61,600 nt of DNA, taken from positions 1 through 61,600 of the IMG/VR virus record IMGVR_UViG_3300029787_000035. One strand, 5' to 3'. How positions within the stretch are numbered: the stretch's first letter is position 1; each line of letters begins with the position of its first letter. The position numbers were made by a program, and so were the translations under genes. The notes beneath the pieces are model-generated. The model was not told the origin of the DNA, did no database searches, and saw nothing but the letters and a program-made list of their open reading frames with translations. The stretch comes from a virus (Duplodnaviria; Caudoviricetes). Below are positions 7,384-14,792 of the stretch, in pieces.

Positions 7384-7485
7384 ATGAAAACTTTGAAGAC
7401 ATATGTGGGAAATTTTTTCAAAACTTTGAAGACATATGTGGGAAATTTTTTCAAAACTTTGAAGACATATGTGGGAAATTTATGA
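7384..7485 (+). repeat. Three 33-bp tandem repeats forming the mini-ORF M(KTLKTYVGNFF)2KTLKTYVGNL
   Basis: Units 7387-7419, 7420-7452, 7453-7481; SD GAGGA; ATGA overlap with the 7482 ORF. Confidence 0.85.
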
Positions 7486-7805
7486 AAACTAAAAAGCTTC
7501 AAAAATCAAAAATTTTAAATTTTAATTTTAAAAATTTAGGAAATAATATTTTAGATTATCCTTATGTTGAGATAAAATGGGTTGATATTGAGGGAGACGC
7601 AGGTTGGAGTTCAACAAAAGATTTAAAAAATCAAAACTTACCTGTATGTGTTTCAAAGGGATATTTATTATCTCAATCAAAAGGTATAACCAGAATATTT
7701 ACAGATTATATTGAGACAAAAGATAAACCAACATTTGATAATATAGGTAATACTACAATAATTCCAACATCTGTAATTCAATCAATAAAAAAAATAAAAC
7801 TTTAA
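7482..7805 (+). CDS. Hypothetical phage protein
   Basis: VEIKWVDI...GW...C.S.GYL motif common in phage small proteins. Confidence 0.75.
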   Translation: MKTKKLQKSKILNFNFKNLGNNILDYPYVEIKWVDIEGDAGWSSTKDLKNQNLPVCVSKGYLLSQSKGITRIFTDYIETKDKPTFDNIGNTTIIPTSVIQSIKKIKL

Positions 7806-7844
7806 TCTTGTAATTAAATTAATAGCGTATATCTCTATGTAATC

Positions 7845-7943
7845 ATGGATAATTTTCTGGCATTTTTAGTAAGATTAATTGTATTTTACCCTATACCCAC
7901 CTTAATTATTATTGTTTTAATTGCCTTTTTTGGCATAAAATAA
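7845..7943 (+). CDS. 32-aa membrane peptide (paralog of 11534-11623)
   Basis: MDNFLAFLVRLIVFYPIPTLIIIVLIAFFGIK, read by hand. Confidence 0.7.
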   Translation: MDNFLAFLVRLIVFYPIPTLIIIVLIAFFGIK

Positions 7944-7947
7944 ACAT

Positions 7948-7983
7948 TTGACAAAATAATCTAATATCTTATATTCATGGGAT
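7948..7983 (+). promoter_or_regulatory. Sigma70-like early promoter with operator ATCTTA-N6-TGGGAT
   Basis: TTGACA 7948-7953, TATATT 7970-7975, operator 7966-7983. Confidence 0.6.
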
Positions 7984-8024
7984 ATGAATATAAAACTAAC
8001 AAAAAAACTAACAAAGGAGCAATA

Positions 8025-8621
8025 ATGGGATTTGATCTAACAGGTATGAACCCAAAAAACTTACACTTTCAAGAACCAAAAAGACCAGATAATTTATTTG
8101 ATCTTCCAAAAGAAGAGCAAGATAAATATTTTGAAAAACAAAATGAGTATCATAATCAATCTGGGACTTATTTTAGAAACAATGTTTGGTGGTGGAGACC
8201 ACTTGCAGATTATGTTTTAAGATTTACAAAAGTAATTCCAGAAGAACAACAAGAATCTTGGGGTTATAATGATTGTACCGAGATATCTCAAGAAGATGCA
8301 GAAATGATATCACAACAATTAGATCATTTAATTAAAACAGGTCATTGTAAATCGTATGCAGTTCAGTTTGAAAGAATAAGAAAAAAAATTGAAAAACAAA
8401 ATGATAAGGTAGAAAAAGAGTTAGATAAATTTTGTAAATCAGTTGAAAAAAAACTTGGTAAGACTAATCTTGCACCAAACGATTTTCCAAAAGAAGACAA
8501 GAAAAAATGGGATAGTATTTATGAAAAGAAAAATCATAATGGCAGTTATCCTTTTTCTGTTGATAATGTAAAAGAGTTTTCAGAGTTTTGTAGAAATTCT
8601 GGTGGCTTTACTATTGGATAA
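8025..8621 (+). CDS. Hypothetical early protein
   Basis: SD AAGGAG before ATG 8025; MGFDL...YFRNNVWWWRPL...F..F...SGGF.I pattern. Confidence 0.8.
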   Translation: MGFDLTGMNPKNLHFQEPKRPDNLFDLPKEEQDKYFEKQNEYHNQSGTYFRNNVWWWRPLADYVLRFTKVIPEEQQESWGYNDCTEISQEDAEMISQQLDHLIKTGHCKSYAVQFERIRKKIEKQNDKVEKELDKFCKSVEKKLGKTNLAPNDFPKEDKKKWDSIYEKKNHNGSYPFSVDNVKEFSEFCRNSGGFTIG

Positions 8622-8671
8622 CAAAATTTTTTGTTTGTTTTTAACGATTGTTAAAAAATAAAAACAAACTT

Positions 8672-8706
8672 GAGTACCCTCTGAAAATAATTCATTGAGG
8701 GTACTC
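8672..8706 (+). other. Intergenic hairpin (terminator or processing site)
   Basis: GAGTACCCTC/GAGGGTACTC 10-bp stem, then TTTATT. Confidence 0.5.
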
Positions 8707-8734
8707 TTTATTAACAACTAACAATGGAGCAAAA

Positions 8735-9346
8735 ATGAGTAATAAACAAATAAGCAAAGATAATAGAGAATATTGGCAGAGAAAATTATCAAGTAAATTT
8801 GATGATAAAAAAAGTGCCATTAGATCTTTACATCAAGCAGAAATAAATGAAACAACTCAAAAAAACTTTCCAATTTTTAAAAAAAGATTAGGAATTGAAA
8901 AAGATATAGAAAACTATCTGAAAGTTGAAAAAGAGTTTAATGACTATTCTAAAAATTACCAAAAGAGACTTGAAGAAAAAAGAGAAATGGTAAAAAAACT
9001 TTTTTCTGTAATCAGAGATAAATTGGTTAATTGGTCAGAAACTCGTCAATGGGATACTTACGATCTTCCTAAATACGATTATGAAAGTAAGATGTATGAT
9101 TTAAAAGATAGGTTAGATAATTTTTTAAAATCACAATGCAAAGAAGAAACAAAAAATGCATTTTATAAATCTAAAAAAGGTTTAGAATTGCAGAAACTTG
9201 ATGAGTTAGAAGAAAAAGCAACTGATCTATTACATAGTGACATGATTGGTTCAGAGGTATTACAACAAATATCTTTGATTGCTAAACAAACTCAAATCAA
9301 TATGACAATTCCAACAGATACAATTAAATCATTACCTAATGGTTAG
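8735..9346 (+). CDS. Hypothetical helical early protein
   Basis: SD GGAG, AACTAACAA leader. Confidence 0.8.
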   Translation: MSNKQISKDNREYWQRKLSSKFDDKKSAIRSLHQAEINETTQKNFPIFKKRLGIEKDIENYLKVEKEFNDYSKNYQKRLEEKREMVKKLFSVIRDKLVNWSETRQWDTYDLPKYDYESKMYDLKDRLDNFLKSQCKEETKNAFYKSKKGLELQKLDELEEKATDLLHSDMIGSEVLQQISLIAKQTQINMTIPTDTIKSLPNG

Positions 9347-9551
9347 TATTGAGAGACTTGTTAAAATATATAATAACTTTGGCGATAGAGAAAATCTATC
9401 GCCATTGTGTAGTGCAGATGAGATGTTATTTGATGACAACCTCACAATTAAACAAAGAACTTGGATTGAAAGATTTATTGTTGTTTGGGATTATGCAACA
9501 AATCTTGATGTTCAACTTCATAAAATAAGTGCTATGGCAAGAAAGGAGTAA
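9339..9551 (+). CDS. Hypothetical protein
   Basis: Coupled ORF. Confidence 0.65.
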   Translation: MVSIERLVKIYNNFGDRENLSPLCSADEMLFDDNLTIKQRTWIERFIVVWDYATNLDVQLHKISAMARKE

Positions 9552-9553
9552 TT

Positions 9554-10015
9554 ATGGCTAAATATTCAAAAAATATTGAAGACATAAAAAGTGCAGTAAA
9601 AGAAAATCAATTAGTATGTGATAAAAACAATGCTTATTACATTACTTACAATAGAGACCAAGACGAATTTTTTATTATTTGTAGAAGTAATAATTATACT
9701 ATTGGCTTATCTCATATTGATAAAAAAACTAATAAAGAAAAAATTAATATGGGTGAACCAAAAGGTTATTGGCTTATACATACAATAGATGAAACTTGGG
9801 CTATGAGAATAGCAAAGTATTTAGAGGGAAGAACTATTGTTAGAGTTGATTATTGTTCAGAAGAAGAAATGGAAAATCAAGGTTGGCATTGTCAACCAAT
9901 TCAAATTCTTTTAGACAATGGAACTTGGCTTACACCAACAAGTGATGATGAGGGAAATAATGGTGGTGCAATTCATACAAATATAAAAGAATTGCCAATT
10001 ATTCCTGTAATCTGA
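9554..10015 (+). CDS. Hypothetical protein
   Basis: SD AAGGAG; C-terminal SDDEGNNGG motif. Confidence 0.75.
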   Translation: MAKYSKNIEDIKSAVKENQLVCDKNNAYYITYNRDQDEFFIICRSNNYTIGLSHIDKKTNKEKINMGEPKGYWLIHTIDETWAMRIAKYLEGRTIVRVDYCSEEEMENQGWHCQPIQILLDNGTWLTPTSDDEGNNGGAIHTNIKELPIIPVI

Positions 10016-10026
10016 TATAATAAAAT

Positions 10027-10107
10027 TCTTGATATTTGGGATACACAGACAACCAAGTATCTTGATTAAAGCCCTAATAAAGCGAGAGTGGAGTTAGGGC
10101 TTTTTTT
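10027..10107 (+). ncRNA. Candidate two-hairpin small RNA ending in an intrinsic terminator
   Basis: TTGCCA 9992 plus extended -10 TGATATAAT 10013-10021; stems GATATTTGG/CCAAGTATC and 10068-10077/10094-10103 followed by a T tract; no ORF. Confidence 0.4.
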
Positions 10108-10129
10108 ATGTTATTGACCTAATAACATA

Positions 10130-10495
10130 ATGAAAAAATCAGAGAGTAATTTGTGGAAACGCATAAAAAATCTTAAGTTAAAAGGTCAATTATTTCGCAT
10201 AGAAAGTAATACAATTAATGGAATTCCAGATGTTTATTGGTTGATAAATAACAAAAGTATTTGGATTGAACTTAAGTCAAATGATGTCAAGAATATTGGT
10301 TTATCAAAGTATCAGATTAATTGGCATTTAACACATTTTAAAAATGGTGGCACTTCATTTATCTTGCGAGAAGACCTCTCGCAGAGACCACCTCAAAATT
10401 TACAAATTTTCGTGGTTCGTGAACCGAGAACCATTACTCGTGCCTACTCATCACTCAATTTAAAAGATGCATTAAAAAAAATCCAAGACGCATGA
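10130..10495 (+). CDS. VRR-NUC / Holliday-junction-resolvase-like PD-(D/E)XK nuclease
   Basis: ES.LW...RIE...GIPD...WIELK...Q..W. Confidence 0.75.
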   Translation: MKKSESNLWKRIKNLKLKGQLFRIESNTINGIPDVYWLINNKSIWIELKSNDVKNIGLSKYQINWHLTHFKNGGTSFILREDLSQRPPQNLQIFVVREPRTITRAYSSLNLKDALKKIQDA

Positions 10496-10512
10496 ACCTC
10501 GTCTCACGATTT

Positions 10513-10674
10513 CTTTACGCACAACGAAGTTGTGCGTAAAGTTTGAGATTGCATGTGGAATTTTTACATTAACCATTGAGCTTTATATGTGCGTAAAGTT
10601 TGAGATTGTATGTGGGCTTTTTTGTTTTTTATATATACCTTTACATGTGCGTAAAGTTTGAGATTGCATGTGAG
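10513..10674. repeat. Three ~28-bp direct repeats at 57-58 bp period plus a 13-bp hairpin
   Basis: TGTGCGTAAAGTTTGAGATTGYATGTG at 10531, 10588, 10646; stem 10513-10525/10529-10541 with GAA loop. Confidence 0.9.
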
Positions 10675-10770
10675 GATTTTTCGTTTTCTTATTTACCTTT
10701 ATATATAAATAAAAATTATTTTTTATTTGGTCCTGAAGCTGGGGCAGCAGCTAGCAGCTAAAATAAAAAG

Positions 10771-10802
10771 TTGACAGCTAACGGCTCCCGCTGTAATAAG
10801 AT
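10771..10802 (+). promoter_or_regulatory. Sigma70-like early promoter with operator variant
   Basis: TTGACA 10771-10776; CTCCCG-N6-TAAGAT 10785-10802; AACTAAC leader downstream. Confidence 0.55.
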
Positions 10803-10832
10803 TTATTAACTAACTAAAAAGGAAATAAAAAA

Positions 10833-11534
10833 ATGACTCTATTAAATTATTACAGCCAAACAAAAATGGCTAAGGGGGAAGCGTTTGGATATAAAACAGC
10901 TATTTTACATTTTGCGCCATATGATATGAGTGGCAGGAACGTTTGCCCAAAAGCTACCCTGGGGCCTGGTGGATGTGTTAAGCCTTGTTTAAATACATCA
11001 GGCCGGGGCCAAATGAATTCAGTGCAGCAGGCTCGAATAAATAAAACTAATTATTTTTGGAATAACAAAAACGGATTTTTGTGGGAGCTTTCAAAAGAAA
11101 TACAGACCCTGAAGCTAAGAGCTGCTCGAGCTGGTTTTAAATTTGCCGTAAGACTCAACGGCACCAGTGACTTACCATGGTTTAAATATAAAGTTGATGG
11201 AGGTGGCAGCCTTATGGATCTCCATCCTGATGTACAATTTTACGACTATTCAAAGGTCCTTAACTATCTTGATCATGGTAAAAAAAATTATCATGTTACC
11301 TTCAGTGACTCGGGCACTAATGATCAGGACCAATTAGCTGCTATAGCTAAGGGCGCAAATGTTGCCGTAGTCTTTAAGGATAAGCTGCCGTCTACCTGGA
11401 TGAGTCGTAAAGTAATAGACGGTGATGCGCATGATTTACGCTTTAAGGATCCGTCAGGCGTGGTTGTGGGTTTGGTAGCTAAAGGACTCGGTAAAAAAGT
11501 TGAGGTGAATTCCTTCATTAAGGTAGCATCGTAA
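10833..11534 (+). CDS. Gp88-like Cys-cluster protein (radical-SAM-like fold, function unknown)
   Basis: CPKA...C.KPCLNTSGRG, VRLNGTSD, FYDYSK, DGD.HD.RF.D motifs. Confidence 0.7.
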   Translation: MTLLNYYSQTKMAKGEAFGYKTAILHFAPYDMSGRNVCPKATLGPGGCVKPCLNTSGRGQMNSVQQARINKTNYFWNNKNGFLWELSKEIQTLKLRAARAGFKFAVRLNGTSDLPWFKYKVDGGGSLMDLHPDVQFYDYSKVLNYLDHGKKNYHVTFSDSGTNDQDQLAAIAKGANVAVVFKDKLPSTWMSRKVIDGDAHDLRFKDPSGVVVGLVAKGLGKKVEVNSFIKVAS

Positions 11535-11623
11535 TGGATGCATTCTTAGCGTTACTTGTTCGGATCCTGGTATTTTATCCAATACCATTATTAGTATTAC
11601 TTGCAATTATAGTACTAGTTTAG
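11534..11623 (+). CDS. 29-aa membrane peptide (paralog of 7845-7943)
   Basis: MDAFLALLVRILVFYPIPLLVLLAIIVLV; TAATG coupling to upstream gene. Confidence 0.7.
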   Translation: MDAFLALLVRILVFYPIPLLVLLAIIVLV

Positions 11624-11635
11624 AATCATTATAAA

Positions 11636-11662
11636 CTACAGCCCTACAACTTAGGGCTGTAG
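11636..11662. other. Intergenic 11-bp hairpin
   Basis: CTACAGCCCTA-caact-TAGGGCTGTAG. Confidence 0.6.
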
Positions 11663-11700
11663 CAGCTCAAAAGCAGCTCAAAAAAAAATAAATTATTTTG

Positions 11701-11733
11701 TTGACTTCCTATAATCTCCCATTAAAGTGGGCT
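11701..11733 (+). promoter_or_regulatory. Sigma70-like early promoter with operator variant
   Basis: TTGACT 11701-11706, TAAAGT 11723-11728; CTCCCA-N6-TGGGCT 11716-11733. Confidence 0.55.
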
Positions 11734-11777
11734 ATGTGTTAAACATAAAAAAACAAACTAACAAATAGGAGTTAAAA

Positions 11778-12107
11778 ATGAAAACACAAACAATAAAAAA
11801 ACATAAACAACTAGAGGCAAATATAAATAAAAAATTGTTTTTAGCTTGTAAAGTTAACGAAAAAAGAAAATCATCTAATAAATTGTGGGTTGATGTTAAG
11901 GAGGAGGCGTTACCTATAGTCGAAGAGCGTGGAGGTTTTGTTATAGGTCAATTCCAAAACTTCGATTATTCATTAGAGACAATCAAAAAGAATACAACTC
12001 GATTTGATATAAAAGGGTTTAAAGAAAACTACCCTGAATTATATAAAACCTATTTAATAGATGGACAATCAATCGAGTTAAAAACAAACTACAAAAAGAT
12101 AAAATAA
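11778..12107 (+). CDS. Hypothetical early protein
   Basis: SD AGGAG; RFD.K.FKE.YPELY..Y motif. Confidence 0.75.
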   Translation: MKTQTIKKHKQLEANINKKLFLACKVNEKRKSSNKLWVDVKEEALPIVEERGGFVIGQFQNFDYSLETIKKNTTRFDIKGFKENYPELYKTYLIDGQSIELKTNYKKIK

Positions 12108-12259
12108 TGGAGATAGCATTATATATATTTTTAATCTTAATTAGTTTCACAATTGCATTCTTAGGCGTAATTGTACTATTTACGATTGATCCGTGGACGG
12201 GGTTTATTCTGTCCACGGGTGGGATTATTTTATCATTAAGAACTATAGGGAGGGTTTAA
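12107..12259 (+). CDS. 50-aa two-TM membrane protein
   Basis: MEIALYIFLILISFTIAFLGVIVLFTIDPWTGFILSTGGIILSLRTIGRV; TAATG coupling. Confidence 0.6.
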   Translation: MEIALYIFLILISFTIAFLGVIVLFTIDPWTGFILSTGGIILSLRTIGRV

Positions 12260-12260
12260 T

Positions 12261-12458
12261 ATGGCTAGATTATCTTACCGTACATGGTTTATAAATTGTA
12301 AACCATTAAAAAACGAGGCAAGGGACTGGCAACTTGAATTGGAGAAGGGCAACACAATTCACACCTTTACCATTTCTAATAAAAAGAAATTATTAGATGT
12401 TGAATATTTCGCATATAAAAAGATTGACGAATATATTAACGAGGAAATAAAAAAATAA
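12261..12458 (+). CDS. Hypothetical protein
   Basis: SD GGAGG. Confidence 0.7.
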   Translation: MARLSYRTWFINCKPLKNEARDWQLELEKGNTIHTFTISNKKKLLDVEYFAYKKIDEYINEEIKK

Positions 12459-12473
12459 GATAAGATCTTAAAA

Positions 12474-12498
12474 CATATGCCCACGGTGTGGGCATATG
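12474..12498. other. Perfect 11-bp hairpin upstream of terL
   Basis: CATATGCCCAC-ggt-GTGGGCATATG. Confidence 0.6.
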
Positions 12499-12682
12499 GC
12501 TCCCACCTATAGAGGTACCAACCAAAATCCAAAAATTAAAAATTTTATTTTTTATTTTTTTAGGATTTTTTTTTCTGCTGTTTACTAACTTTACCTTTAC
12601 TTGATATGACAGATAGAAGTAGTAAGGCTTCCTAGAATTAGGGGGTAGATTTAATGGGGACCCAAGGGTATAGTAAATTAAG

Positions 12683-14167
12683 ATGACTGATACAGAATTA
12701 TTGACCACCGATCAATTACGAGAGAGGCTCGAAAAAGTATGGTTAAAACATATAAAATTATGCCAAGACAACTTCTTGTATTTTGTAAAGAATGTTTGGC
12801 CAGATTTCATTTGCAGAACTGATAAGGATCCAGATAAGTGGGGACACCATCAACATATAGCACACGAGTTTACTAAGATATCTAAAAATAAAAAAGGAAG
12901 GCTCATAGTAAATATGCCTCCTAGACATACTAAATCAGAATTTGCATCCATATACTTTCCTGCTTGGATGATCGGAAAGAATCCTAAAATGAAAATTATG
13001 CAAGTATCACACAACGCAGAACTTTCAGGAAGGTTTGGTGCTAAGGTTAGAAACTTAATTGATAGTCCAGAGTATAAACAGATATTCGGAGATGTTAGAC
13101 TAAGAGAAGATAGTAAGGCAAAAGGACGATGGGAGACCAATCAAGGTGGGGAATACTTTGCAGCGGGTGTTGGCGGTTCTATCACAGGACGAGGGGCGGA
13201 CTTACTTATTATTGATGATCCACACACGGAACAAGATTCGTTATCCGATAGTGCAATGGAAAGAACTTTTGATTGGTACTTGTCTGGTCCTAGACAACGT
13301 TTACAACCTGGAGGCTCAATCGTACTTGTAATGACAAGATGGGCTCAAGATGATTTGACCGGTAGATTAATAAAATCAGAAAATGAACCTAAAGCAGACA
13401 AGTGGGAAAAAATTTCTTTTCCAGCTTTGCTTGGTGAAGATGAAAATGTACAACCCGTGTGGCCAGAGTATTGGTCTCTAGATGAATTAGAAAAAGTTAA
13501 AGCGTCAATATCAATTAGAAATTGGTCAGCTCAATACATGCAAAATCCTACTTCAGAAGAAGGAGCGATTTTAAAAAGAGAATGGTGGCAGCCTTGGGTC
13601 GGGGATCTTCCTACTTTAAAACATGTTATTCAATCTTACGACACTGCATTCAGTAAAAAAGAAACTGCCGACTATAGTGCAATTACTACATGGGGAATAT
13701 TCACGCCTCACGAATCCATGCCTGACGCTATTATATTAATAGATGCTATTAAAGGTAAATATGATTTTCCAGAATTAAAAATGGTAGCACTAGATCAATA
13801 CAAGTATTGGCAACCAGAAACAATTATAGTTGAAGCTAAAGCAAGTGGACAAAGTTTATTACAAGAATTAAGAAGAATGGGTATTCCTGTTATGGATTAC
13901 ACACCAGGAAGAGGACAGGATAAACATTCACGGGTCAACGCATGTGCTCCAATATTTGAATCTAAACAAGTATATTATCCTCGAGACGAACATTGGGCTC
14001 AAGAAGTAATTGAAGAATGTGCTGCGTTTCCTCATGGAGAACATGACGATTATGTGGACAGTACTACCCAAGCTATGTTAAGATATCGACAAGGTTCTTT
14101 TGTAACTACTTATTCTGACGAGGATGAGGTTAAAAGTTATAAAGAGCGTAAATATATATATTATTAA
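12683..14167 (+). CDS. terL: Terminase large subunit
   Basis: NMPPRHTKS Walker A, LLIIDDP Walker B, MTRW, nuclease SYDTA and HDDYVDS. Confidence 0.95.
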   Translation: MTDTELLTTDQLRERLEKVWLKHIKLCQDNFLYFVKNVWPDFICRTDKDPDKWGHHQHIAHEFTKISKNKKGRLIVNMPPRHTKSEFASIYFPAWMIGKNPKMKIMQVSHNAELSGRFGAKVRNLIDSPEYKQIFGDVRLREDSKAKGRWETNQGGEYFAAGVGGSITGRGADLLIIDDPHTEQDSLSDSAMERTFDWYLSGPRQRLQPGGSIVLVMTRWAQDDLTGRLIKSENEPKADKWEKISFPALLGEDENVQPVWPEYWSLDELEKVKASISIRNWSAQYMQNPTSEEGAILKREWWQPWVGDLPTLKHVIQSYDTAFSKKETADYSAITTWGIFTPHESMPDAIILIDAIKGKYDFPELKMVALDQYKYWQPETIIVEAKASGQSLLQELRRMGIPVMDYTPGRGQDKHSRVNACAPIFESKQVYYPRDEHWAQEVIEECAAFPHGEHDDYVDSTTQAMLRYRQGSFVTTYSDEDEVKSYKERKYIYY

Positions 14168-14178
14168 AAGGAGAAGAC

Positions 14179-14784
14179 ATGTCAAAAAAATCAAGAAGAC
14201 GAAATAAAAAGTTACTTCTGGCGGGTGCAGCATTATTTGGTGCATCTAAATTAGGTATGCTAGGAAGTAAAGATGTAGGATCAAGTAATGTTGTTGGTAA
14301 AACTGATGAATTTAGAAAATCATTTGTAAAAAAGAAACCAAACTATATTACAAAAAAAGCATCAACTAAAGTATCGTACCCAAGACTTAAGGTAGATTCT
14401 GTAGGGAATGTTACTAAAGACGGTGTTACAAAGGTAACGGATAATAAAAAAACTTTATTTATAAATAGAGATTCAAAAGCAGGAACTGGAACTGGAATTT
14501 ATAAAGATGGTAAAAAAGTAAAAAGTTTAAATCAAAAATCTATTAATGTTTTAACAGATGGTAAAATTGAAACTGGTGGCAAAACTTATGAAAATAAGAA
14601 AGCTTATTCAGATGCAATGAAACTTAAAAGATCAAAAAAATCAAATACACTATCAAAAAAAAGCGATAGTGATAATCCTGGCTTATTTGGTTTTACATTT
14701 AAAAAATCTTTATTTAACAAAGGAACAATGGTAAAAGCTCGTGGTGGTGGAATGGCGAGAATGAAACCAACTAAACTTTATTAA
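14179..14784 (+). CDS. Basic virion-associated protein (hypothetical)
   Basis: SD AAGGAG; C-terminal ARGGGMAR...TKLY. Confidence 0.7.
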   Translation: MSKKSRRRNKKLLLAGAALFGASKLGMLGSKDVGSSNVVGKTDEFRKSFVKKKPNYITKKASTKVSYPRLKVDSVGNVTKDGVTKVTDNKKTLFINRDSKAGTGTGIYKDGKKVKSLNQKSINVLTDGKIETGGKTYENKKAYSDAMKLKRSKKSNTLSKKSDSDNPGLFGFTFKKSLFNKGTMVKARGGGMARMKPTKLY

Positions 14785-14792
14785 ATTTTAAT

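Noticed and set aside
7314-7502. Minus-strand repeat ORF
   Set aside because: Open only because of the 33-bp repeat; the + strand has the SD and coupling
10513-10700. CRISPR-like repeat-spacer spacing
   Set aside because: Only three degenerate repeats, spacers low-complexity and similar to each other, no cas genes; kept only as a repeat array
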